Assembly (NCBI GenBank): GCA_017612585.1
Contig: JAGAFN010000011.1
Location: 1 to 60,460 of the forward strand
DNA: 60,460 nt
Direction of reading: 5' to 3'
Origin: Bacillota bacterium
Lineage (GTDB): Bacteria > Bacillota > Clostridia > Peptostreptococcales > Anaerovoracaceae
The notes beneath the pieces are model-generated. The model had not been told where the DNA came from and ran no database searches. It saw only the letters and a program-made list of their open reading frames with translations. The first letter of the stretch is position 1; every line of letters starts with the position of its first letter. Below are positions 7,890-17,856 of this stretch, piece by piece. Made by a program: the position numbers and the translations under genes.

Positions 7890-10800
7890 TTACGCCTGTT
7901 TATTGTCCTCAACAAAGCGCTTAATCTTCTTGCCCGTGGTCTTATCAAACTCGCGCTTTCTTATGACTATTTTCCTTATCTTCTTGAAGAGCGGCAGGTT
8001 CGCATTTATCTTATCGACCTCTTCCCACATGAGTGCGTTAAGCGCATCGTCAGTATAGTCAGCACCGAGCACCTCCTCGACTTCTTCCTTATCTATCAAA
8101 ATCGTCGCGTAGATTGTGGTGTCGTTGGTGCTGTCATCATCGTCCTTTGCCCAGACCATTGACTCCGCAACATAAGGAATCTTGGAGAGTTCGTACTCGA
8201 GTTCCTCCGGGAAGACGTTCTTTCCGTTTCCTGTTATGATGACGTTCTTCTTGCGGCCCGTTATATAGATGAAGTCATCCTCGTCAACATAGCCCTGGTC
8301 TCCCGTATGGAACCAACCATCGATCAAAACTTCATTCGTTGCTTCCGGATTATTGTAATAACCCATCATGACATTTCCGCCTGAGAAACAAATTTCACCG
8401 ATTCCCTCAGGATCCTTATCTATAATCTTGACTCCCATTCCCGGAAGTAGATGCCCGACGGAAGCGAGTTTCATATCCTTCTCTACGTCCGGGTTAAGCG
8501 CGGCCATCGGTGAGCACTCGGTTAGACCATAGCCCTGAACTCCGATGATGCCGATGTCGTTAAAGAACTGAAGGACTTCCGGATCTATCGCGGCGCCGCC
8601 CGAAATTATTACGCGCATTCTTCCTCCGAACACGGAGAGGATATCCTTGGTGAAGGGCTTACTTATATCTATCTTTGCCTTCTTGGTCTTTCTGTTTAGC
8701 GCAAGAAGTCTCTTTAGCGTCTTGTCCTTACCCTTCTCTTTTGCTGCTTTCCAGATTCTTTTATAAAGTGTTTCGATTAAGATCGGAACTCCAAGGAGCA
8801 TCGTCGGTCTCACTTCTTCGAGATTCTTTGTTATGTATTTCAGCCCTTCACAGAATGCAATCGATGCGCCCTTGTATAGCGGCATCAAGAATGCGCATGT
8901 GCATTCGTAGGTATGGTGCACCGGAAGAACCGAGAAGAAGATATCCCAGTCGTTTACGTTTAGTATCGTCGGTGCAGCCATGAGGTTCTCTGCGAGGTTG
9001 GTGTTCGAAAGCATTACGCCCTTTGCAAATCCCGTAGTTCCCGATGTATAGAGGATTACCGCCATCTCGCCCGCGATTATTTCCGCATCGAGAAACTGCC
9101 TGTCGCCCTGCGCAACTCTTTCCTTTCCTTCTCTTACGAGTTGTGCCCAGCTTATCACTTCGTCGTCGTGTAGGCCCTCTTTGCTTGATCTGTCAAGATA
9201 GAGATCCATCTCTGCATCCATGTTTACGAGGAGCTCGAGCTTGGTTTCTCCAGACGCCTTCATCGCTTTGAATGTTTCTTCGAATCTCTTACTGAAGAGA
9301 ACTGCCGAAACCTCTGCATCCTTGACGAGATATTTTAAATCTTCCGCAGGAAGCTCTTTGTCGAGCGGAACTACGATTCCGACGCCGCCGATTACCGCAA
9401 GATAACTCGACTCCCACTGATAATACGTGTCGCCTATAATTGCGATGCGCTTGCCTTTTAGTCCGCGGTTAATGAGTGCGGTTCCGAGTCCGTTGACATC
9501 CGCCTGCGCCTGCTTATACGTAATCTCGGTATATGGCTCGCCCTTAACGAACTTCTGACGGAACGCAACGTTGTCTCCATAAATCTCGACACTCGAATTA
9601 AACATCTGCTTGATGTCCGTAATCGGCCTTCCCGTCTTATATCTAAGATACGGATCCGTGCTCGCGGCTATATCCGCGATGACCTTCTCCGCATGCTTTC
9701 TCTCTTCTTCCTTGATTGCCCTGTAATCCATGCTTCCTCCTGATTCCTCGCCTTCAACAAAGTTGCCATATCTCTTGATCTTCCCCGTCGTCGTCATCTC
9801 AAAATCCTTCTCGCGGATATTGATTCTCTTGATTGCCTTGTACTCGGGCATAGTATCGTTTATCTTGTCAATTAAATCTCTATAGAAATCGTAAATCTCG
9901 CTGCTGTTCATTTCGCCATGCTGCTTTTTGAGAAGAGCAAAGTCCGGCTGAATATCAGCAGTAACGAGCACGTTCCCAACGCGCTTATCCGTAACTCCGT
10001 GAACAAGAACTTCTTTTACGAGTTCGTTTTCTTTTATCTTTTCTTCGAGCTCCTCAGGGAAGATATTCTTTCCGCCCTTTGTTACAATGACGGTCTTCTT
10101 TCGTCCCGTGACATAGAGAAACCCATCCTGATCCATACGACCAAGATCGCCTGTATATAACCAGCCGTTTCTTATGACCTCGTCTGTCGCGGCCTGGTCC
10201 TCATAATAACCGAGCATTATCGAAGGACTCTTGACTACGATTTCCCCGATGCCGTCTGAATCCGGATTCTCAATCTTCACCGTGGTTCCGCTCATTGGGC
10301 GACCGACAGAACTTGCGATGCTGTAATTGTTTTGATTAACCGCGATTATCGGTGCGCATTCCGTCATGCCGTAACCCTGCATCATCGGAATTCCCATCGC
10401 CTCAAAGTCTTCGATAACCTTGGGGTCGATCGCTGCGCCACCCGCTATGAACTGCTGCATGCTTCCGCCGAGCGCTTCGTGTACGGATTTAAACATCCTC
10501 TTCATCACCCTCGGATTGTTGTAGAGTTTCATTCTCTTGGAGATGTCGATTGCTCTCTGAAGTTTCTCGAGCTGCCCTGATTTCTCTGCTTGCTTGAACA
10601 TGCTCTTATGTATCTTCTCAAAGACGAGCGGCACGCCTACCATGCAGTTCGCTTTGACCTCTTTCATATTTTGTGTGATGTATTTAATTCCTTCGCAGAT
10701 TGCAAGCGTTTTTCCCTGATAGAAAGTCGTCCAATCCACGCAGGTGTTTTCAAACGTATGATGCGTCGGAAGAATCGAAAGTACTATCCAATCGTCACCG

Positions 10801-11483
10801 AGCATCATGCGCTTTGACATATTTACTACGTTGCTTGAAATATTTTTCTGCGATAGCATTACGCCTTTCGCGGATCCCGTGGTTCCCGACGTGAATATCA
10901 AAGTGCACATCGCATTTGGATCTATCTCGGCGTCGATAAATCTTCTATCTCCTTCTCCCGCGACGAGCGCTCTTCCCGCTTTGATTATTTCAGGAAGCGA
11001 ATAAATCTTATGTCCTTCTATGTCGGATCTTTCGTTCATGCAAATAAAGAATTCTAGATCGCACGGGTCTTTGAAAACTTCCGATAGTCTCTTTTCGAAT
11101 TTGCTCGAGAATATAAGTGCCGACGCGCCCGACCTCTTAACGATTCCGTAGAGTTCTTCCGCAGGAAGATTCTTATCGAGAGGAACGATGACGCCCACTC
11201 CGCAGACAGTAGCAAAATAACTGAGGAACCAATAGTAAGAAGTCTCGCCGATAAGCGCAATCTTCTTACCCTTTAGTCCCATGTCAATAAGCCCGGTTCC
11301 GAGCACATTCATGTCCTCGAGAACCTGGGCATACTTAATAGAGCGATAAGTTCCGCCGGGTTTGTCCTTCTGGAGGTAGGCTGACTTATCGCTGAACATT
11401 TCGCAGCTGCTTCTTATTATGTCGCGTAGATCCGCAACGTCTCTTGTGGGGTGATCAACACCATCAAACTTCTTATGATTCAT
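7890..11483 (-). CDS. Tandem double long-chain acyl-CoA synthetase (two AMP-binding modules)
   Basis: Two complete motif sets: TSGTTG.AKG, QGYG.TE, TGD.G, GRKK..I...GKN.FPEELE, KIKR; likely start MNHKK at 11483. Confidence 0.88.
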   Translation of the reverse strand: MNHKKFDGVDHPTRDVADLRDIIRSSCEMFSDKSAYLQKDKPGGTYRSIKYAQVLEDMNVLGTGLIDMGLKGKKIALIGETSYYWFLSYFATVCGVGVIVPLDKNLPAEELYGIVKRSGASALIFSSKFEKRLSEVFKDPCDLEFFICMNERSDIEGHKIYSLPEIIKAGRALVAGEGDRRFIDAEIDPNAMCTLIFTSGTTGSAKGVMLSQKNISSNVVNMSKRMMLGDDWIVLSILPTHHTFENTCVDWTTFYQGKTLAICEGIKYITQNMKEVKANCMVGVPLVFEKIHKSMFKQAEKSGQLEKLQRAIDISKRMKLYNNPRVMKRMFKSVHEALGGSMQQFIAGGAAIDPKVIEDFEAMGIPMMQGYGMTECAPIIAVNQNNYSIASSVGRPMSGTTVKIENPDSDGIGEIVVKSPSIMLGYYEDQAATDEVIRNGWLYTGDLGRMDQDGFLYVTGRKKTVIVTKGGKNIFPEELEEKIKENELVKEVLVHGVTDKRVGNVLVTADIQPDFALLKKQHGEMNSSEIYDFYRDLIDKINDTMPEYKAIKRINIREKDFEMTTTGKIKRYGNFVEGEESGGSMDYRAIKEEERKHAEKVIADIAASTDPYLRYKTGRPITDIKQMFNSSVEIYGDNVAFRQKFVKGEPYTEITYKQAQADVNGLGTALINRGLKGKRIAIIGDTYYQWESSYLAVIGGVGIVVPLDKELPAEDLKYLVKDAEVSAVLFSKRFEETFKAMKASGETKLELLVNMDAEMDLYLDRSSKEGLHDDEVISWAQLVREGKERVAQGDRQFLDAEIIAGEMAVILYTSGTTGFAKGVMLSNTNLAENLMAAPTILNVNDWDIFFSVLPVHHTYECTCAFLMPLYKGASIAFCEGLKYITKNLEEVRPTMLLGVPILIETLYKRIWKAAKEKGKDKTLKRLLALNRKTKKAKIDISKPFTKDILSVFGGRMRVIISGGAAIDPEVLQFFNDIGIIGVQGYGLTECSPMAALNPDVEKDMKLASVGHLLPGMGVKIIDKDPEGIGEICFSGGNVMMGYYNNPEATNEVLIDGWFHTGDQGYVDEDDFIYITGRKKNVIITGNGKNVFPEELEYELSKIPYVAESMVWAKDDDDSTNDTTIYATILIDKEEVEEVLGADYTDDALNALMWEEVDKINANLPLFKKIRKIVIRKREFDKTTGKKIKRFVEDNKQA

Positions 11484-11493
11484 TCTCTTTCTT

Positions 11494-11652
11494 TGAGCGG
11501 CCACCATATATGTATTCCGAGAACGCTCTCGCTCTGTCCTCGCGCAGCGGTACTAAGCGCTTTCATCGTGGCCATCCACAAGTGGATACCACTCGAAACC
11601 GCTAAGGACCGGCGCTGCGGACGTCTCGTCACACATATATGGCGGCCGCTCA
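11494..11652. repeat. Palindromic REP/MITE-like element, copy A
   Basis: 20-bp terminal inverted repeats TGAGCGGCCACCATATATGT/ACATATATGGCGGCCGCTCA; core GTCCTCGCGCAGCGGTACTAAGC shared with 43186-43326. Confidence 0.75.
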
Positions 11653-11666
11653 TTTACATACAATAA

Positions 11667-13004
11667 TTACTTTAATACAATTTTATGGAACTTCTTCTTA
11701 CCTTTTTGAATAACGAGGACGCCGTCTTCGAAATCGGCGGCTGTTATGTTCTTGCGAGTGTCGGTTACTTTTTCGCCGTTTAGGGATACGCCGCCCTGTT
11801 CGATGGTGCGACGAGCGTCGCCGTTACTTTCGGCTAGTTTTAGTTCGCTTAGGAGCGAGATAAGTCCCTTTCCTTCGCCGGCGAAATCGTCCGCCGCCAT
11901 TTCTGTTGTCGGAATATCCGCAGACGCTGCTCCGCCTGCGCTAAATGCAGCGCGCGATGCGTCGAGTGCTTTCTGTGCTTCTTCTTCACCGTGAACGAGC
12001 TTTGTTATTTCAAACGCGAGAATTTCCTTTGCCGTATTTATTTCTGCACCCTCGAGCGCCGAAAGACGATTCACTTCTTCCATCGGAAGGAAGGTCAACA
12101 TGCGGAGACAGCTGTTAACATCTGCGTCCGCAACGTTTCTCCAGTACTGGAAGAACTCGTAGGGGCTGCATCTATTCGCGTCGAGCCAGAGTGCGCCCTT
12201 CTGGGTTTTTCCCATCTTCTTTCCGTCGCTCGTTGTGAGGAGCGAGAATGTCATGCCGTAAACTTCTTTCTGAAGGAGCTTTCTTGTTAGATCAACGCCG
12301 CCAATTATATTCGACCACTGGTCGTCGCCTCCGAATTCAATCTTGACATCAAAGTCTCTCGCCATAACCATAAAGTCATAGCTCTGCATGAGCATATAGC
12401 TGAACTCAAAGAATGTAAGTCCTGTTTCTCTTTCCATTCTTTGTTTAAACGCTTCGGATCTCAGCATGGTATTTACGTTGAACTTGGATCCGATTTCCCT
12501 TACGAATTCAATGAACTTGAGCGGTCTAATCCACTCGCCGTTATTTACGGAAACAGCCTTTCCGGGTTCCGGTTCTTTGTTCTGATGGCCCGGTTCGTAA
12601 ACGCCGCCGTTCCCCTCGTACTTCCACTCGTCGTCGAATTCGATGAATCTCTCAAAGAGTTTCTTGAACTGCGCGCAGTTATAGTCGATAGTCTCGACAT
12701 CCATAAGAGTACGCATGTCAGTACGTCCCGAAGGATCGCCTACCATTCCCGTTCCGCCGCCGAGAAGAACAACCGGAGTGTGCCCAAACTTCTGCATATA
12801 CATGATTATGATAATCTGCATGAAATGTCCCACGTGAAGACAGTCCGCCGTCGGGTCGAACCCGATATAGAATTTCACCTTCTCGTTTTGCAGAAGTTTT
12901 CTTACAGCCTCTTCATCAGTCGACTGCTCGATAAGTCCTCTCTCTTTCAGAACGTCATAGACGTTATCGCATTTACTTACATTGTCCGGAATTAACTGTT
13001 TCAT
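11667..13004 (-). CDS. tyrS: Tyrosine--tRNA ligase
   Basis: GFDPTA..LHVGH, GGDDQW, KMGKT and a C-terminal S4 domain. Confidence 0.97.
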   Translation of the reverse strand: MKQLIPDNVSKCDNVYDVLKERGLIEQSTDEEAVRKLLQNEKVKFYIGFDPTADCLHVGHFMQIIIIMYMQKFGHTPVVLLGGGTGMVGDPSGRTDMRTLMDVETIDYNCAQFKKLFERFIEFDDEWKYEGNGGVYEPGHQNKEPEPGKAVSVNNGEWIRPLKFIEFVREIGSKFNVNTMLRSEAFKQRMERETGLTFFEFSYMLMQSYDFMVMARDFDVKIEFGGDDQWSNIIGGVDLTRKLLQKEVYGMTFSLLTTSDGKKMGKTQKGALWLDANRCSPYEFFQYWRNVADADVNSCLRMLTFLPMEEVNRLSALEGAEINTAKEILAFEITKLVHGEEEAQKALDASRAAFSAGGAASADIPTTEMAADDFAGEGKGLISLLSELKLAESNGDARRTIEQGGVSLNGEKVTDTRKNITAADFEDGVLVIQKGKKKFHKIVLK

Positions 13005-13020
13005 TTTTTACTCACTTTCA

Positions 13021-13650
13021 TTATTTAGTTCCAAAGAGTCTATCGCCCGCGTCGCCTAGTCCCGGTACGATATATGCATTTTCATTTAGATGGTCGTCCT
13101 TGGCCGCGATATAGATGTCGATGTCGGGATGCGCTTCGCTAAGCACTTTTATTCCTTCGGGTGCTGCGATTAAGCACATAAATCTTATATCCTTGGCGCC
13201 ACGTTGCTTTATAAAGTCAACAGCCGCAACTGCACTTCCTCCCGTCGCAAGCATCGGATCTAGGACGAATACTTTTCTCTGATCGATGTCGGTCGGCAGC
13301 TTGCAATAATACTCTACAGGTTCGTGCGTCTCAGGATCTCTATAGAGTCCGACGTGTCCAACCTTTGCTGTCGGAACGAGTTCAAGCATTCCGTCAACAA
13401 ATCCGAGACCTGCTCTGAGAATCGGAACGATCGCGATGTCTCCTCCCGAGAGCATATTTGCCGTTGTCTTGCAGATTGGAGTCTCGATTTCCACCTCCTG
13501 AAGCGGAAGGTCTCTCGTAGCTTCAAACCCCATGAGCATAGAAACTTCTCTCGCGAGATCTCTGAACTCCTTAACCGGAGTGTTGACATCTCTCATCATT
13601 GATACTTTGTGCTGAATTAGCGGATGATCAAATACATAAACCTTTCCCAT
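13021..13650 (-). CDS. upp: Uracil phosphoribosyltransferase
   Basis: [36 protein letters not shown]. Confidence 0.97.
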   Translation of the reverse strand: MGKVYVFDHPLIQHKVSMMRDVNTPVKEFRDLAREVSMLMGFEATRDLPLQEVEIETPICKTTANMLSGGDIAIVPILRAGLGFVDGMLELVPTAKVGHVGLYRDPETHEPVEYYCKLPTDIDQRKVFVLDPMLATGGSAVAAVDFIKQRGAKDIRFMCLIAAPEGIKVLSEAHPDIDIYIAAKDDHLNENAYIVPGLGDAGDRLFGTK

Positions 13651-13727
13651 CTTGCGACTCCTTTACTATTACCGGTGAATCAATTTCTATAATTTATATC
13701 GAGCATTGCTTATTGTTTTCTATCGGT

Positions 13728-15350
13728 TTACATCTCGTCCAGCTTGGCGACGCGTCTTGCGTGACGTCCACCTTCGAATTTACTATTTAGCCAAGTGTCT
13801 ACTATTTCGATTGCGAGTTCCTTCGGTGTTGTTCTTCCTCCAAGCGCAATAATATTTGCATTGTTATGTCTTCTTGCGAGCTCCGCCATCTCCGTACTCG
13901 TGCAAAGCGCACATCTAACGCCCTTCACTTTATTCGCCGCGATTGAGATTCCTATTCCGCTTCCGCAGCATACGATTCCAAGATCGGCCTTTCCCGACGC
14001 AACGGCTTCTGCGCACGCCTTACCAAAGTCCGGATAGTCTACCGACTCATCGCTATCCGTCCCAAAGTCTACAATCTGAATCTTCTCAGGAGTTCCATCA
14101 GTCACGCCCTCGTCATTCAGTTTGGAACTCGGCGCAGTTCCGAGAGCCTTTAGATGCTCTTTGATTTCATTCTTAAGTTCGTATCCGCCGTGATCTGCGG
14201 CAAGAGCTATAATCATACTTCCTCCAATACGCGCTTTGCTACTACATGCGTTGCTACTATATGCGTTGCTACTCGCATCATCTATTCTTTCGCATCCTTC
14301 GACGCGCCTTATATTGTATCCCGCGGCCTTCAGCATTCTGTTCATGACCGCGAATCCGATTCCTTCTTCGGGAAGCGCCGTGACTAGAATATTATCGACT
14401 CCCTCTTCATCTGCGCTTCTTAGTCCGGCAAAGAATTCTTTCGCCGCAACCTCTTCATCATCAAAGTCGAGAATCTTGACTTTCTTTCCTTCGGATTCGA
14501 GTCTTGCAGCTTCGCGAAGCATTTCTTGGCGCACTTCATCTTCATTGCCTTCAAAGATTGTCATCTCAGCCTTTGGTGCATAATGCTTATATTTCATGCC
14601 CGGAGCTTTCGGTCGAAATGTTTCGGCACCGTCCGCGTTGTCGTAATCGGAACTTGCTTCGTCGCTTTCGCCTTCGTTGCCAAATTCTTTCCTGACTTTC
14701 AGCGCTGGATCGATATCTGCATCTTTTCCGAGAACCATAGCGAGCATCTCGGGAGTTATTACCCCGGGTCTAAGTACGCATGGTGTATCTTCGGTCATAT
14801 CCACTACCGTCGATTCTATTCCGTGCTTGCACATGCCGCCCGCGATTATCGCATCTATTCTTCCGTCCATATCGTGGATCACGTGATCTGCGGTTGTCGG
14901 ACTCGGCTTTCCTGAAACATTTGCACTCGGTGCGGCAATGGGAACTCCCGCTTTTCTTATTAGGCTTCTCGCTGTTTCCTCAAGAGGAAGCCTAACGCCG
15001 ACCGTACTGAGTCCCCCTGTGGTCACATCGGGAACCTCCGGAAGCCTTGGAACCACCATGGTTAGCGGTCCCGGCCAAAATGCTTCCGCAAGCATCTTCA
15101 TATCTTCCGAAACGCTCGGTGTTAGCTTTGATAAATCTTCTGCATCTGCTATATGAACTATCGTCGGATTGTCTGACGGCCTTCCCTTTGCTTCGTAAAT
15201 CTTCTTTACCGCAATTGGGTCGAACGCATTGGCTCCGAGTCCGTAGACCGTCTCCGTGGGAAATGCCACAATCCCGCCTGCCGCGATTATCTCCGCAGCG
15301 CGCTCAATATCTTCTTCAGTTGTTCCAAGAATTATGGTTTTCAAAATCAA
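13728..15350 (-). CDS. Sua5/TsaC2 threonylcarbamoyl-AMP synthase fused to RpiB ribose-5-phosphate isomerase
   Basis: PTETVYGLG, KGRPSDNP, APSAN.SG and PGMKYKHYAP, then ADHGG, DYPD, CGSGIG, HNNAN and FEGGRH. Confidence 0.9.
   Translation of the reverse strand: MILKTIILGTTEEDIERAAEIIAAGGIVAFPTETVYGLGANAFDPIAVKKIYEAKGRPSDNPTIVHIADAEDLSKLTPSVSEDMKMLAEAFWPGPLTMVVPRLPEVPDVTTGGLSTVGVRLPLEETARSLIRKAGVPIAAPSANVSGKPSPTTADHVIHDMDGRIDAIIAGGMCKHGIESTVVDMTEDTPCVLRPGVITPEMLAMVLGKDADIDPALKVRKEFGNEGESDEASSDYDNADGAETFRPKAPGMKYKHYAPKAEMTIFEGNEDEVRQEMLREAARLESEGKKVKILDFDDEEVAAKEFFAGLRSADEEGVDNILVTALPEEGIGFAVMNRMLKAAGYNIRRVEGCERIDDASSNAYSSNACSSKARIGGSMIIALAADHGGYELKNEIKEHLKALGTAPSSKLNDEGVTDGTPEKIQIVDFGTDSDESVDYPDFGKACAEAVASGKADLGIVCCGSGIGISIAANKVKGVRCALCTSTEMAELARRHNNANIIALGGRTTPKELAIEIVDTWLNSKFEGGRHARRVAKLDEM
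14236..14273. repeat. 15-bp tandem repeat in the Sua5-RpiB linker
   Basis: TTGCTACTA(C/T)ATGCG x2.5, encoding SSNAYSSNACSSK. Confidence 0.8.
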
Positions 15351-15411
15351 TTATGTCTCTTTATCTTCTGCTCGCCACGACAAGCGACTCAATATTTCTT
15401 CGCAATTCGCT

Positions 15412-16482
15412 TTACGCGCCGAATGCTTTCATCTTCTCCGCCTGGTCGCTCGTAATCAGGTTGTCGATTAGTTCATCTATATCGCCGTCCATGATTGCGT
15501 CAAGTTTGTACAGCGTAAGTCCGATTCTGTGATCGGTGCATCTTCCCTGCGGGAAATTATATGTCCTTATTCTCTCCGATCTATCGCCGCTTCCGATTTG
15601 ACTCTTACGCTCAGCGGAGATTTCCGCCTGCTGCTTCTGGAGCATCAAATCATAGAGACGAGATTTGAGAACCTTGAATGCTTTTTCTTTGTTTTTAATC
15701 TGCGACTTTTCGTCCTGGCATGTTACGACGAGTCCCGTCGGTTCATGCGTAAGTCTAACAGCCGAGTCCGTTGTGTTTACGCACTGTCCACCGTTTCCGG
15801 ACGCGCGGTAAACATCTACTCTCACATCGTTCGGATCGAGATCGACCTCAACGTCGTCGACTTCAGGAAGCACCGCTATCGTCGCGGCAGAAGTATGAAT
15901 TCTTCCGCTCGACTCTGTCTCCGGAACTCTCTGAACTCTGTGAACGCCGCTCTCGTATTTCAGTCTCGAATAAGCGCCCTTACCCTTGATGAGAACTGTC
16001 GCTTCTTTTACTCCTCCGATGCCCGTGTCGTTTATATCCATGAGTTCGGTCTTCCAACGATGGCGCTCCGCATAGCGCATATACATTCTTAAGAGGTCTC
16101 CGCCAAAGAGCGCAGCCTCGTCTCCGCCCGTTCCCGCGCGAACCTCGAGGATTACATTCTTCTCGTCGTTCGGATCTTTTGGAAGAAGAAGTATCTTGAG
16201 TTCCCCTTCGAGCCTCTCTATCTTCTCTTCCGCGTCGCCAAGTTCAAGCTTTGCGAGTTCTCTCAGTTCCTCATCGCTTTCGGCTTCTAAGATCTCCTTT
16301 GCGTCCGCAAGCGATTCCTTTGCCTTCTTGTACTCCTCGTACTTCTTTACGATGGGCTCCATCTCGCCCATCTCCTTCATGCACTTCTGCCACTCAGGCT
16401 GGTTCGCAATCACGTCCGGATCCGCAACCTTAAGCGACATCTCCGCATATTTTTCAGTTATAAAATCCAATTTATCAAACAT
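15412..16482 (-). CDS. prfA: Peptide chain release factor 1
   Basis: GGQ motif, PET tripeptide (VQRVPETES), [10 protein letters not shown]. Confidence 0.97.
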   Translation of the reverse strand: MFDKLDFITEKYAEMSLKVADPDVIANQPEWQKCMKEMGEMEPIVKKYEEYKKAKESLADAKEILEAESDEELRELAKLELGDAEEKIERLEGELKILLLPKDPNDEKNVILEVRAGTGGDEAALFGGDLLRMYMRYAERHRWKTELMDINDTGIGGVKEATVLIKGKGAYSRLKYESGVHRVQRVPETESSGRIHTSAATIAVLPEVDDVEVDLDPNDVRVDVYRASGNGGQCVNTTDSAVRLTHEPTGLVVTCQDEKSQIKNKEKAFKVLKSRLYDLMLQKQQAEISAERKSQIGSGDRSERIRTYNFPQGRCTDHRIGLTLYKLDAIMDGDIDELIDNLITSDQAEKMKAFGA

Positions 16483-16571
16483 GTATTTTCTCCGTTCATC
16501 ATGTAATAACTATCGCGTTTTGCATCACGTATGTCACGCACACTACGTGTCATGCACAGCCTTGTGCGTAG

Positions 16572-17768
16572 TTACAACATGATTAATATTTTTGCCACGA
16601 GCACCACGCAGACGAGCGCGACAGGATATGTCGCTGCGTATGATGCCGCAACGTCGTCCGTGCCCGCAGTCTGAATAAGCGCGCCGAGCGCAGGCGTACT
16701 CGTCATTCCGCCCGTAATCGATCCGAGCGCATTGAACAAATCTATCTTGAAAACTTTCTTTGCCAGTATGTAACCCACTATCATCGGAACGAGCGTGATG
16801 ATTACACCGTAGATGAAGTAGGACAGTTTGATATTTGCTGTAAAGTTTACTCCTCCCGGAACACCCGCACCTATCAAAAAGAGTCCGAGTCCGAGTTCGC
16901 GCACAAAGTTTAATGTCGTCTTGCTTACCGTCAAATCAATATTTCCGATATGCCCAAAATGTCCAACTATGAGTCCCGCAAGAAGGCATCCGCCTGAGTT
17001 ACCGAGAGAGAAATTGATTCCCGGAATTTTGATTGCGCCGATAAGGCAACCGAGGGTAACGGCAAGAGCAAATGCGAAGAATCCAAAGTTTTCGATATAT
17101 AATCTCTTCGTTTTGCTTTCTTCCGTCTTGATGGTCTCCGCCGCAACGAATCTTTTTACCTCTTCTTCAACATTCACCTTGAGAATCTTGGGCATAAGCT
17201 GAACAAAGAATACAACTCCCAAAACTCCAAAGAGATACGAGATTCCGTAACCCGTTGTAACGAGGTCCCCCATCTCGCCCGCAACTTCCTTTGCCGCGGA
17301 TAGTCCCGGCGTGCTCGTGAGCGCTCCCGTCATTAGGCCGACTGCCATCTCGGGCTGAAGATTGGAATCTACCGTAATCAGTATTCCCGTTGTCACAGCG
17401 CCGATTCCGATTATCACGACGCCCATGATGACAAATTTCAAAAAGCTTCGGTTTAGTGAGCGAAAAAACTTTGGTCCCGCTATGAGTCCGACCGCAGTTA
17501 CAAACATCGCGGTTCCGAGACTCGACACAAAACTGAATCTTGTTTTAAGTGCATCGTTGAAAAGCGCTATCTCCGTTTCGCCGATTGTGAATGACGGCAC
17601 TTTGCTCGCCAATATTCCATATAGTATTGCAGCAAGAAGTACTCCTGCAGTTCCGAGTGAAATTCCTTTGACGGATATGGAACCGATTAGGTAACCGATC
17701 GTCATAATGAGGAATACCATGAATATGATTGAGAACACACTTCCGACAACACCGCCTAAATAAACCAT
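16572..17768 (-). CDS. AspT/YidE/YbjL-family transporter (lacks TrkA-C domains)
   Basis: Duplicated GALTSTPGL / GGMTSTPALG motifs, multiple TM segments, YAATYP. Confidence 0.85.
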   Translation of the reverse strand: MVYLGGVVGSVFSIIFMVFLIMTIGYLIGSISVKGISLGTAGVLLAAILYGILASKVPSFTIGETEIALFNDALKTRFSFVSSLGTAMFVTAVGLIAGPKFFRSLNRSFLKFVIMGVVIIGIGAVTTGILITVDSNLQPEMAVGLMTGALTSTPGLSAAKEVAGEMGDLVTTGYGISYLFGVLGVVFFVQLMPKILKVNVEEEVKRFVAAETIKTEESKTKRLYIENFGFFAFALAVTLGCLIGAIKIPGINFSLGNSGGCLLAGLIVGHFGHIGNIDLTVSKTTLNFVRELGLGLFLIGAGVPGGVNFTANIKLSYFIYGVIITLVPMIVGYILAKKVFKIDLFNALGSITGGMTSTPALGALIQTAGTDDVAASYAATYPVALVCVVLVAKILIML

Positions 17769-17856
17769 TTCGTTTTTATCTCCCGTTTAATGTTTCCTGT
17801 TGATTTCTAGTTTGATTGCTTACTCGCTGTCTTGCGCGATTACCTCGCCATACGTT

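Noticed and set aside
7890-15350. Stop-codon reassignment as the cause of the gene fusions
   Set aside because: The fusions are open under the standard code, and TAA, TAG and TGA all terminate genes normally in this window
16520-16562. Short imperfect duplication (TGTCAYGCACA) upstream of prfA
   Set aside because: Two short copies only, with no evidence of function
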